Shown: positions 39,101 to 50,156 of the stretch, piece after piece
Layout of the letters: each line of letters begins with the position of its first letter
Position numbering within the stretch: position 1 is the first letter of the stretch
Source: Macrostomum hystrix
Lineage: Eukaryota; Animalia; Platyhelminthes
Length of the DNA: 64,000 nt
NCBI GenBank assembly: GCA_950097015.1
Contig: CATNEN010000038.1
Coordinates: 9,486,001 to 9,550,000, forward strand
Direction of reading: 5' to 3'
Program-made: the position numbers and the translations under genes
The notes under the pieces: generated by a model
The model's input: the letters and a program-made list of their open reading frames with translations, nothing else
Told to the model about the DNA's origin: nothing
Databases searched by the model: none

Positions 39101-39310
39101 TTGGTTGGCTTGAGGTTTGGTTGGCTTGGGGTTTGGTTGGCTTGGGTTTGGTTGGCTTGGGTTTGGTTGGTTTGGGTTTAGTTGGGCTGGGTTGGTAAGG
39201 ATTTGGTTTGCTCAAGAAAATATCCTCATGCACAAGCTTCGCTCACCAGTCCAGCAGAGCAGCAGTAGGCAGCAGGTGGCAGTGAAGCCTTGATGACACG
39301 GTACCTTCAT
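27121..39310 (-). CDS. Non-classical cadherin (~11 EC repeats, TM, short tail; Cad87A/CDH23/CDHR-like); exons 39310-39247, 37455-37330, 36286-36129, 35440-35345, 35267-35181, 32264-31398, 31317-31153, 31064-30997, 30918-30660, 30537-28443, 27873-27804, 27690-27652, 27331-27121 (a small exon between 36129 and 35440 may be missing)
   Basis: Signal MKVPCHQGFTATCCLLLLCWTVPLCQS; repeated LDRE/LDYE, AxDxD and DxNDxxPxF motifs (DINDNSPEF, DRQDTPPVF, DVNDVTPTF, DANDNSPVF, DRNDQTPTF, DQNDLTP, DVNNQAPYF, DINNKFPRF, NANTFDPVF, DVNDCSPAF); TM LISTAIILIIGCSISVLMMV; GT-AG introns. Confidence 0.9.
32415..32760 (+). mobile_element. SINE family B copy (near full length)
   Basis: GTAGCAGAGAGGTTTAACGCG...GAGCTCGATTCC head, shared body, ATTATTAT tail. 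Confidence 0.85.
33832..34805. repeat. 28-bp minisatellite GACCAACAGATGGACCAGAGGAGGTATT with variant units, inside a cadherin intron
   Basis: Directly visible; the 28-aa periodicity of the overlapping ORFs equals three 28-bp units. Confidence 0.95.
35813..35970. repeat. Tandem duplication, 81-bp period
   Basis: CCAGGTCAGCCCATAGACTAAAC...CTTCGAAGATATCCTGGGTTGTACTT...AAAGTTTCATTGT at 35813 and 35894. Confidence 0.9.
36411..36610 (+). mobile_element. SINE family A copy (degenerate)
   Basis: GGGGTTCGATTCC B box, GAGTACCAGCATCAGCTGGGGT, CAGTCCATGGACTGAAC. Confidence 0.75.
36650..37140 (+). pseudogene. Possible 3' end relic of an RTE-like LINE ORF
   Basis: Weak degenerate motifs across frames (MLAYET, LRLRW, GGTRPQW..RDF) recall the RTE C-terminus; not aligned. 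Confidence 0.3.
37505..39197. repeat. 15-bp G/T-rich satellite (TTGGCTTGGGTTTGG)n filling cadherin intron 1
   Basis: Directly visible; lies between the signal-peptide exon (39247-39310) and the next exon (37330-37455). Confidence 0.97.
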
Positions 39311-41589
39311 CTGAGCCAACCTCCTCAGGTATTTGAAGTTATTCTCTAATCGATCTCTGATTCAAATAGCACTTGAGTCCGATTTCTCAGTTAGGCGCCG
39401 AGTTAATGGGAATCTCTAGGCGGAGCTGAGCGCACCAGCTCAGTGGATGCAAGAATATATGATGAAAATGTCATTCCGCTGCATCTAGAGGAGAGAACGA
39501 AAAAAGCCGGTACGGATTGGCTGCCGCGATGTCAAGGCATGGGCGAGAACTCCGGACCAGCTGGTTGCCATGACAGGTTGGGTGGCAAGAGTGTGACTCT
39601 GCTCTCCTCTCTCTTTCCAGTCTTCACTTCTTTTTCCCGAGTGATCATGGAAGTGATGAGATTTTGATGAACATTAGATTTGACATCGGACTAATTGTGA
39701 TGGGATGGGATTGTGTGTTGCGCGTGAGATGTGAATTCAAATATTTTTAATATTCGCTGGGATTGTCGACACAGCTAGCAAGTAGATATTGCTGCGAATT
39801 GCATTGACCCCACTCGGGTATGTACATAAGCACACACTCAAACAGGTGTAGTACTCGTTCATCTGCCCTGCGTGACTATCTGATTGTGAGACAGTTCTTG
39901 TACACTCATTAATGTGCCTTGCGGGTCGGCCCACATGGCTGTAAATGACAAGCACCAAAGCCTTTTTTATATGAAATGTGATCTCACCGCAGAATTGAAC
40001 TCGGGGAATTTTGTGCGAAAGTCGGACTCATGAACGCTCCGTCACCCCCGACCAAGTGAGTCCGAATTAATCTCGTAGCTCCAAGTGCTCAACACGAGCG
40101 TGCACACATGTGAAAGACATGTGGCACCTAAAGGTGGATTAGCCGTCATTGAAGGTTAATTGCGAGTCTTTGGAGTATTTTAAATCGAATCGAACCAAAG
40201 ACGGTTTACGATGGAGAGCGAGAGAGGAGAAACTGCTCACTACGGAGAGTAACACACTGCTCACTCTCCACAGGGTTGCATCTGAAACTGAATCCTCTAG
40301 GCCCCTGAGCTGCGCATGCTTCCCCTCACACTGCGCCCCCACTGGGTGAGCTCATCGGGGACAATGCGCCACATTCTTTGTTGTTGCCTTGAGCTTTTTG
40401 AGTGGGGATTTAAACGATTGGGAAAATAGATGACGGAGATGCACAGTAGTCAGACGGTTGGGAGTCACGGGAGAGGCAAAAAGACAACAAAGGCTGCGAT
40501 ACGTGCATCAAACGACGAGGATCGCAGCAGGTGCGCAGCGGAGTGAGTTGGCGGCTTTTATCGTCTGACGCCAGACTGGAGAATGATAGGTAGACAGATG
40601 AGGGAGATGGTTGGAAAAAAGCCACGGACTGTCGCCGTAGCTGTTACAACAGAGCCGTGGGGATTGGTCTGTCTCTGCTGGGTGTCTTTTTGCAGCCGCG
40701 CGCGCTGAGGGCTGACCGCGCTGGACCATTGTTTCATATTATAGCTATAGCTAATTTCTGAGCTATTTTATAGCTTGCTCCAGCAGCAGCAGGAATCGAT
40801 GAAAACCCCTGCCACAGCAGCTCCACTGTCCGGTTCTCTCTTTAGAAAGAGTTTAGAAACTTTGGCAAGGAGTTTTAACAATTATGACTGTGCTTCTTTT
40901 TTGAGCCATGATTGAGTCCAAAAAAGAAGCACAGTTAGCATGGCACTGTCAGAGCACTTGTCCTTATTGCTCCCTGCACATAGCACAAACCCACTCACTT
41001 GTAGGGAAGGGAAATTTAACTGGGAGTTTAAACCATGTCACACTCAACGGTTTGAAGATGAAGCTGCGGGCGCGGAGTTCAACACACGACTCCCTCGCGG
41101 CCGTTCCGTACAGTTCCTTTTGCGTTTCCGCAGTTTCACTCTCTAGCTGTAGCGAGCGGCTACCCTAAGCCGACCCGGAAACCAGAGGACTTTGAGCTGA
41201 AATATAGGGAGACCATGACAATGTGTTTTTTATAAAGATGTCGTCAGGAATGCGTACACTGCAGTCCCATTGTTGATCCCTGAGTAACTATAATTGATTT
41301 CTAAAGCTTTCATTTTCATATTTTGCGTTCTATCTTGACACTTTGATCCAAGGTAAGTTGAGAGGACCTCGATCCACTCAAGCTGACTCTTAGCAGCTCT
41401 TTCATCTTCGTTTAGTACCTCTCTGTATGCGCTTTCTACTCTTGAGAAAGCTTATAGGTATACTCCATAGAATCATTTTAGGTATACTACTTGTCAACAC
41501 CTGCTATATACACTGGGTACATGCATAGAAAATAATAGACGTCCTAGATAGAGATAGTAGATGGCATAATAAAAAATTAAGTTGGCAGG

Positions 41590-41852
41590 ATCGGGCCTGG
41601 ATGGCACATCATTTCGTTGCACTAGACCCCACTGACTTCAACGCACAAACGCTCAGGCAGCGTTTTCTCTCTCTCACTGTGCCTTGGAGGTTGGCCATCA
41701 ATTAATGGCTTATGTTGCAAGTACAGGCTCTCCAAACCTAATTCTCTCCGCGACAGAGTCCCAAATAAATGCGCGACCCCGCCGCGGAATCGAGCTCAGG
41801 AACTTAGGAGCGAGAAGCAAAACTGTTAGACCGCACTGCCACTTCGTCCCCT
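41590..41852 (-). mobile_element. SINE family B copy (degenerate)
   Basis: CCGCGGAATCGAGCTC (B box on -), CACTGTGCCTTGGAGGTTGGCC and CACTAGACCC match family B. Confidence 0.75.
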
Positions 41853-43219
41853 CGGATTAGAACTCAGATTTGCTTGTGTTTTGAGGAGTTAAGGAGCGAG
41901 TATACCTTCAGTGTGTCGTTTGGCAAAATTATGCACTAGGGCTTCTGCAAAAGCTTCTCGAATTTCATTTAAAACCATGAAGAACGCTTAAAATCAATCA
42001 ATTTTAAATAAAATCTTTGTCGTCTCGAACAATAGGCATGCAGTTAATTTTAATGCAAAGGATGCACCTCATAAAAAGGCTGAGGGTACAAATTCTTTAT
42101 GTGCTCAGTAACAGCCTCTCATAGCACACATACAATGGACGCGCAGACTTTTCAGAAGAAAATTCCTAGATATTCTATGTAGAAAATTCCAATACGAAAC
42201 CCATTTAAACAAAATTATCAATCGTGTAACACCGAGGTCTTTTTAATTAGTTCATATAATTTTAGATCTGTGTCTAGCATATGTTGCAAGATGTTTTAAT
42301 TGTTGAATCATTAAAAAAGTGGCCGAGTTGTCAAAAGGCAAAAGGCAAAAAAATCGGTTCGCATTGAAAACAAGAGTTGAAACTACTGAAATAGTTTCCA
42401 TGTTCGTGTCCATGCATGATCGATCGAGAGTAGAAGGTTGCATGGTGTACATAGTAACTAATTGCTAACAAATATAAATGAGCTAAATATTACGTTGAAT
42501 TGTTTGCCTCGAAAAGAATGCACGAATTCTCTGGTACGAGTATAATTAGTTTAATTGGAATCTTACAATCACTTCTCTGTATTGCAAATTGTGAAATGTT
42601 GGTTAAGGAACAAAATCCTGGAATACGAAACAAAATGACGAAATCCTGAACTAGGTAAACCCTATCCCGCATTTTACCATAGTGCCCTCTCTGTTTACTC
42701 TGCTTATTGCATTGCATCGGATTGTTTTTTTATGTTAATACTCGTAACCTGTACGTCACACCTGTATTAAAAATAACCTCGTATTTACCGCTCTTCTATG
42801 GAATTCGTGCAACCTTTCAAAAGTGCCGTAAATTTATTCAATCGTACGTAGCAGCAGTTGAACAGTTGTTTATCATCGTTTCGTCAATCAATAAATTAAT
42901 CAAGCGCATTAAATTTATTTAACAATCTCTAAAATTTCTAAGTTTATGTAATTATTTCAAACTACGAGTAGCTACTTTCCTGACACGAGTTACTGGCGAA
43001 AGAGAGATTAGGCTATTGCCTGAGCCAAACCACCAGTCCACCAACTCGGTTTTTAGATTAAATCCTACAGGCTTTACTTTACTAAATTCATATCATATTC
43101 CATTTTCAGTGCAGTATCAGTTCAAATTTTTCACTAAGCTATATACTAAATTTCCGGGCCTAATCTATGTTTTAATTTTAGGGCCTACAGACTACAGTAG
43201 CCCATACACTAGCTGCTAA

Positions 43220-43477
43220 CTATATCCGCGTGATGAAGTGCTGCGCCCGACATTGGTGGCAAGCCCAGACATAGCCGTCAACAAACATGCTTCCCTGTCT
43301 GCGTTGCAGATGCATTTCTATGTCACATTAAGTGCATCTCGCCTGGTTGGAAATCAGGTGATGTTTTGCAAGCCACTTCATATTGGTGAAGTCATCCCTA
43401 CTGGTTTCCACCATCTCGCCAATTCCAAAGTTTATTTTAGTATAGTTTAAAAGCTTGGCAGTGTTAACAATTTCATC
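43220..43477 (-). pseudogene. Merlin / IS1595-family transposase N-terminal zinc-ribbon relic
   Basis: Manual translation ...NMKWLAKHHLISNQARCT*CDIEMHLQRRQGSMFVDGYVWACHQCRAQHFITRI* fits WL...LL...CxxC..M.L...DG..W.CxxC; one in-frame stop. Confidence 0.7.
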
Positions 43478-43919
43478 TGCAGGGCAAATAACTGTGCAGC
43501 TGGGCGACTGGCCATAAAGGCTAAAAGGGTTGTGGTAAGAGTAAGAAAATACATGAAATTAATATAATTAGGCCTATAGGCCTAAAGAAGTAAAGTAGAA
43601 CTATGCCCTCTCTCTCTATATATAGAGTACCATATAATGCAGATTTGCTTAACTTTGTCCATTTATTTGAAAACACATGGGTCTTGCAAGTCATAGAAAA
43701 ATGACCTTCCTAGTTATTGGCTCAATTAGTCATATTAGGCCTAGTGCACTTTGATTGTTTGGATACAAAGCTGGACCATCTGTTAATTAGTTGCCATCAC
43801 CTTCTGGATTGCAACACATACATCTTGCAGCAATGCCTTTTAATCTGATGCTGGCAGCCACTCCTACAGGACTCTGATGGCTGGCCAACCTGGGCTCTCT
43901 GTAGCAGTGCCTTGTCTAG

Positions 43920-44539
43920 CCATGGTGCAGAAGGATTTCTGTGTTCGACGGAAGGCAAATTTCAGTTTTAGCCTGCTGTACGACAGTACGACACAAGTGA
44001 ACTAAGTAATTTTTTTGTATGACAAACTACAATGCAGAAACCCACATACTCCCGACCCAGACAAAGAGTAATAATAAGTTGTAAGTGGTAATAACAAGTT
44101 TACAAGTAATTGAAGTAATATTAATTAGTTTCACGATACAACGATATGCATTTCAAAAAAGAAATAAAGAAGGTTAAGATTAAAACAACGGATGCACATT
44201 TGTGTGGCCTTGAATAGGCCTATAAAAATGTGAAATTTGGTGCCACATAATAAAAAATTATTATTAAGTATGCCAAGATTATTTTATTTGTGCCTCGTAA
44301 AAAGAACTTTGAATAAATTTAATTTAATTATGAAAACGAAATTGTATTTTTAAATGCCTATGCATACATTGCATATAGCTTTCTAGTCAGAGATGTACGA
44401 CAGTGACAGTGTGGCCAACGACAGTACGACATGTACGACAAAGAGCCCTTGCAAAAATGAACGATGTACGACATGTACGACAACCAACCTCAATGTACGA
44501 CGGAAATTTCCGTCGTACACCCGTCCTTCTGCACTATGG
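43920..44539. mobile_element. MITE with 16-bp TIRs and perfect 8-bp TSD
   Basis: CCATGGTGCAGAAGGA ... TCCTTCTGCACTATGG (15/16); TSD TTGTCTAG at 43912-43919 and 44540-44547; many subterminal GTACGAC motifs. Confidence 0.88.
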
Positions 44540-45329
44540 TTGTCTAGCTGCAAATAAGTGATTTGTAGCCAGGTTAATAGCACACCAAAAACACAAGGCC
44601 AAAGGATTGAGTTTGAACTCCATTTTATAGCCCTTGACAGCCCATCAGGCAATAGTAAGAAAAGCCACAAAGGGGTATGTGATAAGTCTGTTATAGTAAA
44701 AACAAATGTCTACAGACTAGAGCACTGTGATAGGCATTGGTCACAGCAGATATGTCTAGGCATAGACAACATATTCCAGGAGCAACAATGCAACACAAAT
44801 CTAAATTAGCAACAGCACAGGAATTAAAATCTCACAATAGCCAATTGTCATTGTTAGTAGGCTTTTTCATTCTGTAAGCTCTTTGGTTGGCCTGATAATG
44901 TGTCCATGGAATTATTTGCCTGCAAAAATAGTTTGCTGAGATAGGAAATTTTTGACTTCATTGTTTGTCTTGTCATTTTGCCCACTAAGCTATAAAACTA
45001 CAAGTATATATTCACATTCACTTTGCTTTGGCCAAGAAATGAGTTATTATTTATTATTAAGACTAATACAGGCTGCAGGCTATAAGGGAAACAACTGGTC
45101 AATAGCATAAATGTATGCAAACAAAATATAAAATTTAGTGAGTCTTAAAAAAGTTAGAGATAGATAGACAGCTTTAAGCCTTCTTTCTCCAAAGTGTTTG
45201 TTGCTTAATCTCACTTGAAGTAGACTGTTCAATTCTGCCATTCTCCACTTTAATTGCAATCTTCTTGGTAATGGAGCAGGATGTAGAAACCTATGATTGT
45301 GTTCAACTCAATGTTGGTGCAACTTGCAA

Positions 45330-46015
45330 TTGGTGCTTGGTCTCATTTTGCATGCTGTCAGAAATGATGTTGCTAAGGACATGCTTCTGGCCAAGATTAA
45401 GAGCCTCTGTGTAGTGCTGCACTGACTCAGGCTTCTTTTGTCCAGTGGCAACTTAAAATTGTTCTATAGGAACACTACAACCTGGCAGGCTGGTAACTAC
45501 TGTTGGCTGAATGCAGTGGTTTGTGTACTGTTTTGACAGTCTGGCTTGTAGAGACATTGCTTTCATCATATTGTCCTAAGTGTTCTTGCCCAGACTTCTT
45601 TGGCGCAATACTATTCACAATCAGTAAACTTGGTCTTTGGTTTTGGGAACAATGCTTTGTTGCTAGCAGGCAGCTTTCTGATGTACAGCTTGACCATTTC
45701 CACCGGACAATGCAACTTGTCAACACAATACAGCAAAGATCCTGATCTGCTTCAGAGTGAATGGACTAGATGCTTTGACACACTTCTCCTTCTTGGACGC
45801 CCAAATGTCAATGTAGTCCTGACCATCAGGCCCGGTTTGAAAAAGAATGTCAACTTTTTTCAAATTGTGCAGAGCCTCTTGTCCAGGAAAAGCTAAATGG
45901 GACATTAGCAGGTAGAAAAATTTAACCTGTAGGCTGATGGGATCACACTTGTTGAGAAAAGGTTTGAGAAAGGTGCGCTTTTGCCATGCCTCTTTCTGCT
46001 GGCTGCTCAAGTCTT
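45330..46015 (-). pseudogene. Crypton-type (DUF3504) tyrosine recombinase relic
   Basis: Manual translation: FPGQEALHNLKKVDI...GPDGQDYI; LHCPVEMVKLYIRKLP; LSKQYTNHCIQPTVVTSL; VPIEQF*VATGQKKPESVQHY. These match DUF3504 motifs CPV..Y, YTNHSxR and TGHK...SL..Y, with stops and frameshifts. Confidence 0.8.
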
Positions 46016-46754
46016 TTTCAAGTAACAGTTAAGTAGGAAAAGCAATCATGGTGGTAATAATCATGGTGGTGAGAAATTAAGTATATATATAAGTATAACT
46101 ATAACTATAAAGTAAAAGTAAAAGTATAAAATAATAAGTATAAGTATATATATATATACTATTACAATTGTATTATAAATTTCCAAATCTTAGCTCTATA
46201 TATTCTCTTGTGTCAGTAAAAAATAATTATTAAAAACACATAACAGCTAATATTTTAAATGTAAAAAATGAGCACTAGGCTAAAGCTTTTAATGTGCTAA
46301 TAGTAATATGTAGTGCTAATGCATAATATGAATTTAATCGGCCATTTCAATAGTAACTATTATCAATTACAAAAAACGGAACATATGTTTGCTACTGTTG
46401 TCTAAATTAAAAAAGTTTTTATTAATGTATTAACTTACATACTGAAATAACACCGCTGAGGAGATTATTGCCCACAATATCCAACATATGCATTCTGTGC
46501 ATAGTCAAATTTGTACAAAGCAGTCTGTTTAGGTCAAAATATTTGTGGACTTTCAAAAACACTCCTTTAAAGCCTTTTATGCATTATATAACTGTGAATA
46601 GGTAATTTATGTGTTTTATCTAAATGAGATTATAGTATAATAATATTCTAGGGACAAACAGAAAGATCTTAAAGACTTATGGTAGTATGATTAGAAACCT
46701 ACTAGTGTGGGGTGTTTATGTACTTTAAAAACACAAGATCTCCATTGACTTCAG

Positions 46755-48800
46755 AGTGCCTCACGCTCTGTCTCGAGGTCGCGCAGCGACAGTCGCGGTC
46801 GAAGCCGCAGCCGCAGCGCTGGCGGTGGCGGCGTCGGACGCTCAGCTGTGCCGAGGTCGAGCTCGCGCTCGCATTCTAAATCAAGATCGCGATCGAACTC
46901 CAGGTCGCCCTATCAGACGCGGCCAAAGTCAAGGTCGCCGCCAAGGTCGCATTCGGGTTCAAGGTCCGGCGGTAGCTATGGTGAGGCGTATTATTGAATT
47001 TACTATCCATTGTCACCTGTAGGTACCATTTATTCAAGTACCTCTGGATACAGTCGACAACTGCTGCCATTGATCATTTACAGAGTTTTCAAATGTGGTT
47101 GTAGCCTAGGGGTTAGGCGTTTGAATCACGACTTGAAGGTCGGGGCTTCGATCCCTGACTGCACTAGAAAAAATTGTGTCCTTTAGCAGGACACTTGAGT
47201 CTGCGTTGCTTTAGTTTACCCAGCTGTTAAATGAGTACCAGCATCAGCTGGCGTAATTAAGTGTGGGTTTGGCGTCTCACCCAGTCCATGGACTGAACAA
47301 CCGTACGCAGCCTTCAGATGCGCCGCGCAATAGCTGTGGCTGGTCGGCTGTACATTTGACCTAATTGGGCACGTGTAATAAAATATAAATGATTATTATT
47401 ATATAACTTGCCAGAGCGTCGGGATCGTCGCCAGCCGGTTCGGGAGCCCCCGCGCAGCCGAAGCCGCAGCCGCAGCCGGAATCGAGACCGCAACCGCAGC
47501 CGCTCGCCAATGTCAAACCGGAAGCGCCACGTTGGCGACCGGGAGAACCCGAAGGCCAGCAAGTGCCTCGGCGTCTTCGGCCTCAGCCTGCGTACCACCG
47601 AAGAGGACCTGCGCCACCTGTTTGGCCGTTACGGCCGTCTGGAGAATGTCCAGTTAGTCAAGGACAACCACACTCGCCGATCGCGTGGCTTTGCCTTTGT
47701 ATACTTCGAGTCTTTAGACGACGCCGCCTACGCCAAGGAGCGCTGCCACGGCAAGGAGGTTGACGGGCGCAGCGTGCGCTGCGACTTCTCAATTACTCGC
47801 CGGGCGCACACGCCGACGCCAGGTGTCTACCTGGGCGCCCCGGTCGGCTCTTCACGCGGCAACAGCGGCTCCCGCGGCTACAACCAGCGAGACAGACGCT
47901 ACGGCGGCGACGATGGCGGCAGTGGTTACGGCAACGGCGGTAGCAGCAGACGTAGTCGCAGCCGGTCCTACGATCGAGAAGATCGCGACAGATACCACAG
48001 AGTTCGAGGATACGACAGTCGTGAGTTCTGGCAACATTCATGCTAAATCGGTAATGCTATTCTATTCGTACAAATCTCACACAGCCCGCTGTCACTCCTC
48101 AAAATCCCCAGGCCGCTGTCACTCACCAGAATCACTCAGCCCGCTGTCACTCACCAGAATCACTCAGCTCGCTGTCACTCACCAGAATCACTCAGCTCGC
48201 TGTCACTCACCAGAATCACTCAGCCCGCTGTCACTCACCAGAATCACTCAGCTCGCTGTCACTCACCAGAATCACTCAGCTCGCTGTCACTCACCAGAAT
48301 CACTCAGCCCGCTGTCACTCACCAGAATCACTCAGCTCGCTGTCACTCACCAGAATCACTCAGCTCGTTGTCACTCACCAGAATCACTCAGCCCGCTGTC
48401 ACTCACCAGAATCACTCAGCTCGCTGTCACTCACCAGAATCACTCAGCTCGCTGTCACTCACCAGAATCACTCAGCCCGCTGTCACTCACCAGAATCACT
48501 CAGCCCGCTGTCACTCACCAGAATCACTCAGCCCGCTGTCACTCACCAGAATCACTCAGCTCGCTGTCACTCACCAGAATCACTCAGCCCGCTGTCACTC
48601 ACCAGAATCACTCAGCCCGCTGTCACTCACCAGAATCACTCAGCTCGCTGTCACTCACCAGAATCACTCAGCCCGTTGTCACTCCCCAGAATCACTCAGT
48701 CATGAATCCCCCCTCAGAATCCAAGTCGATTTTCCTGGTATGCACCTTCAGCCTGCCGACTTTCCAATCTCATCTCGCTAACATTTCAGGCCAGTTCTGA
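46755..48800 (+). CDS. tra2: Transformer-2-like SR protein (RS-RRM-RS); exons 46755-46980, 47415-48020, 48790-48800; start exon not located
   Basis: RS exon [15 protein letters not shown]...; [31 protein letters not shown]...[10 protein letters not shown]...[25 protein letters not shown] is diagnostic of Tra2. Phase-1 junctions; last exon RQF*; AATAAA near 49117. Confidence 0.92.
47095..47400 (+). mobile_element. SINE family A copy (full length) in tra2 intron
   Basis: GTGGTTGTAGCCTAGGGGTTAGG...GGCTTCGATCCC head, complete body, ATTATT tail. Confidence 0.88.
48082..48700. repeat. 28-bp minisatellite (C[C/T]CGCTGTCACTCACCAGAATCACTCAG)n, ~21 copies, in the last tra2 intron
   Basis: Directly visible; lies within intron 48021-48789. 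Confidence 0.96.
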
Positions 48801-49863
48801 TGCCCAAACCGGCCTTCTTTGGTTGCGGCGGCAACAACAGCTGTGTGGTCATGCTCTCATTGTAAGCCAGTTGGCTTGAAGACTTATCCCAGTGTGTTTG
48901 TGGGCATCGCATGTGTCCTAGACTCCTAGTGTTGTTTTATCTCCTTGTGCAGCTCCCGTTAATTTCTTTACTCGTGTCTGCTGTTGGTATCGTGTCATCG
49001 TTATTCCCACTTGCCTCTCCCCCCACTTGCCTCTCCCAATCTCTATTCATTCCCATTACTGCCGGTTTAGACTAAACGGCCCTCCAAAATTTCCCATTCT
49101 GTGTTGTGTAGACTTCAATAAACCAAAAATATTTTCACACGTTGTTGTGACTGTCTGGCTTGCACTTTGCTAACTAATTTTTTAGGTTTTGTTTTAAAAC
49201 TGCAATCACACTTGAAGCTTAATGAGGTTTAACAGACTGGTTACTGTGGACGCTACCATAGGCTGAATTGTTTAAGAGTCTGTTTGTCAATTTAATAACT
49301 CAGCTTTATCTCATTTTTTTTATTTTTCTGCCTTTTTTGAAATAGTTGTGTGGGTCTAAACTTTATCGTTGTTATTAAATGCTCGCGTTATTTTTGATGT
49401 TCGCTACTGTCGTAAGTAACAGCATTAGCGTTTAATTGATTTCCTTGGTGTTTTTCATATTCGGACGCGAACTAAATGCCTTTAGAATACCCGCGTTACC
49501 GTTTGTTATACGTGCGCTATCTCACTCGCCTTTTTTTACTCAAGGTTGTCCCCAGCGAAGACTGAAGTGGGAGACTAGAAGAGAAGACCATTGTCATTAA
49601 TAGACCCGGTAAAGAAGCGGAGAAGAGAATGCTCTGAGAAGAAGATTCGAATGCCTATTTAAGAAAAAGTCTAATCAGAAGTCAGAAGTTTTGTTGAAGA
49701 CTGCGCCAGAAGCAGAAGTGAAGGGCGGGCCTGCCACCGTACGGCCTCACGTGACGTGAGTAATTTGAAAGGCTTCAGTTAATTTATCGGAAATATGAGC
49801 CAATTCGCTACAATGCCACTAATACCATTGCTTCAAGAAAGATATCTGATTCTTTTTTGTCCA

Positions 49864-50156
49864 TCCTGATACACCGGTCCCTGAGTCCATGAGACCCGAA
49901 GAGTCGGTCCTTATGCACCGGTCCCTCAGTCCATGAGACCCGAAGAGTCGGTCCTGATGCACGGGTCCCTGAGTCCATGAGATCCGAAGAGTCAGTCCTG
50001 ATCCGCCGGCCTTGAGTCCATTAGACCCGAAGAGTCAGTCCTGATGCGCCGGCCTTGAGTCCATGAGATCCGAAGAGTCAGTCCTGATGCGCCGGCCTTG
50101 AGTCCATGAGATCCGAAGAGTCAGTCCTGATGCGCCGGCCTTGAGTCCATGAGTCA
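49864..50156. repeat. 43-44-bp tandem repeat, ~7 copies
   Basis: TCCTGATGC(A/G)CCGG(T)CC(C/T)TGAGTCCATGAGA(C/T)CCGAAGAGTC(G/A)G units. Confidence 0.92.

Noticed and set aside
37392-39233. 587-aa KPTKP/QPNPS ORF and GLGLV/WLAWV ORFs as adhesive or structural proteins
   Set aside because: They are translations of a 15-bp satellite inside a phase-consistent cadherin intron; unit indels switch frames freely, showing no coding constraint.
47095-47170. tRNA genes at SINE heads (also 12601, 16467, 24094, 60080, 63210)
   Set aside because: A/B boxes run into shared SINE bodies and no intact cloverleaf is evident.
48082-48700. CRISPR-like array (28-bp repeats; also considered for 33832-34805 and 49864-50156)
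   Set aside because: Head-to-tail units with no unique spacers, no cas genes, eukaryotic context.
47760-48800. 346-aa ORF overlapping tra2
   Set aside because: Alternative frame of the tra2 exon running into the intronic 28-bp array.
49864-50156. Tandem hammerhead ribozymes (CTGATG...GAA)
   Set aside because: Core reads CTGATGC and CGAAG rather than CTGATGA and GAAA, and I could not form stems I-III; an Infernal search would settle it.
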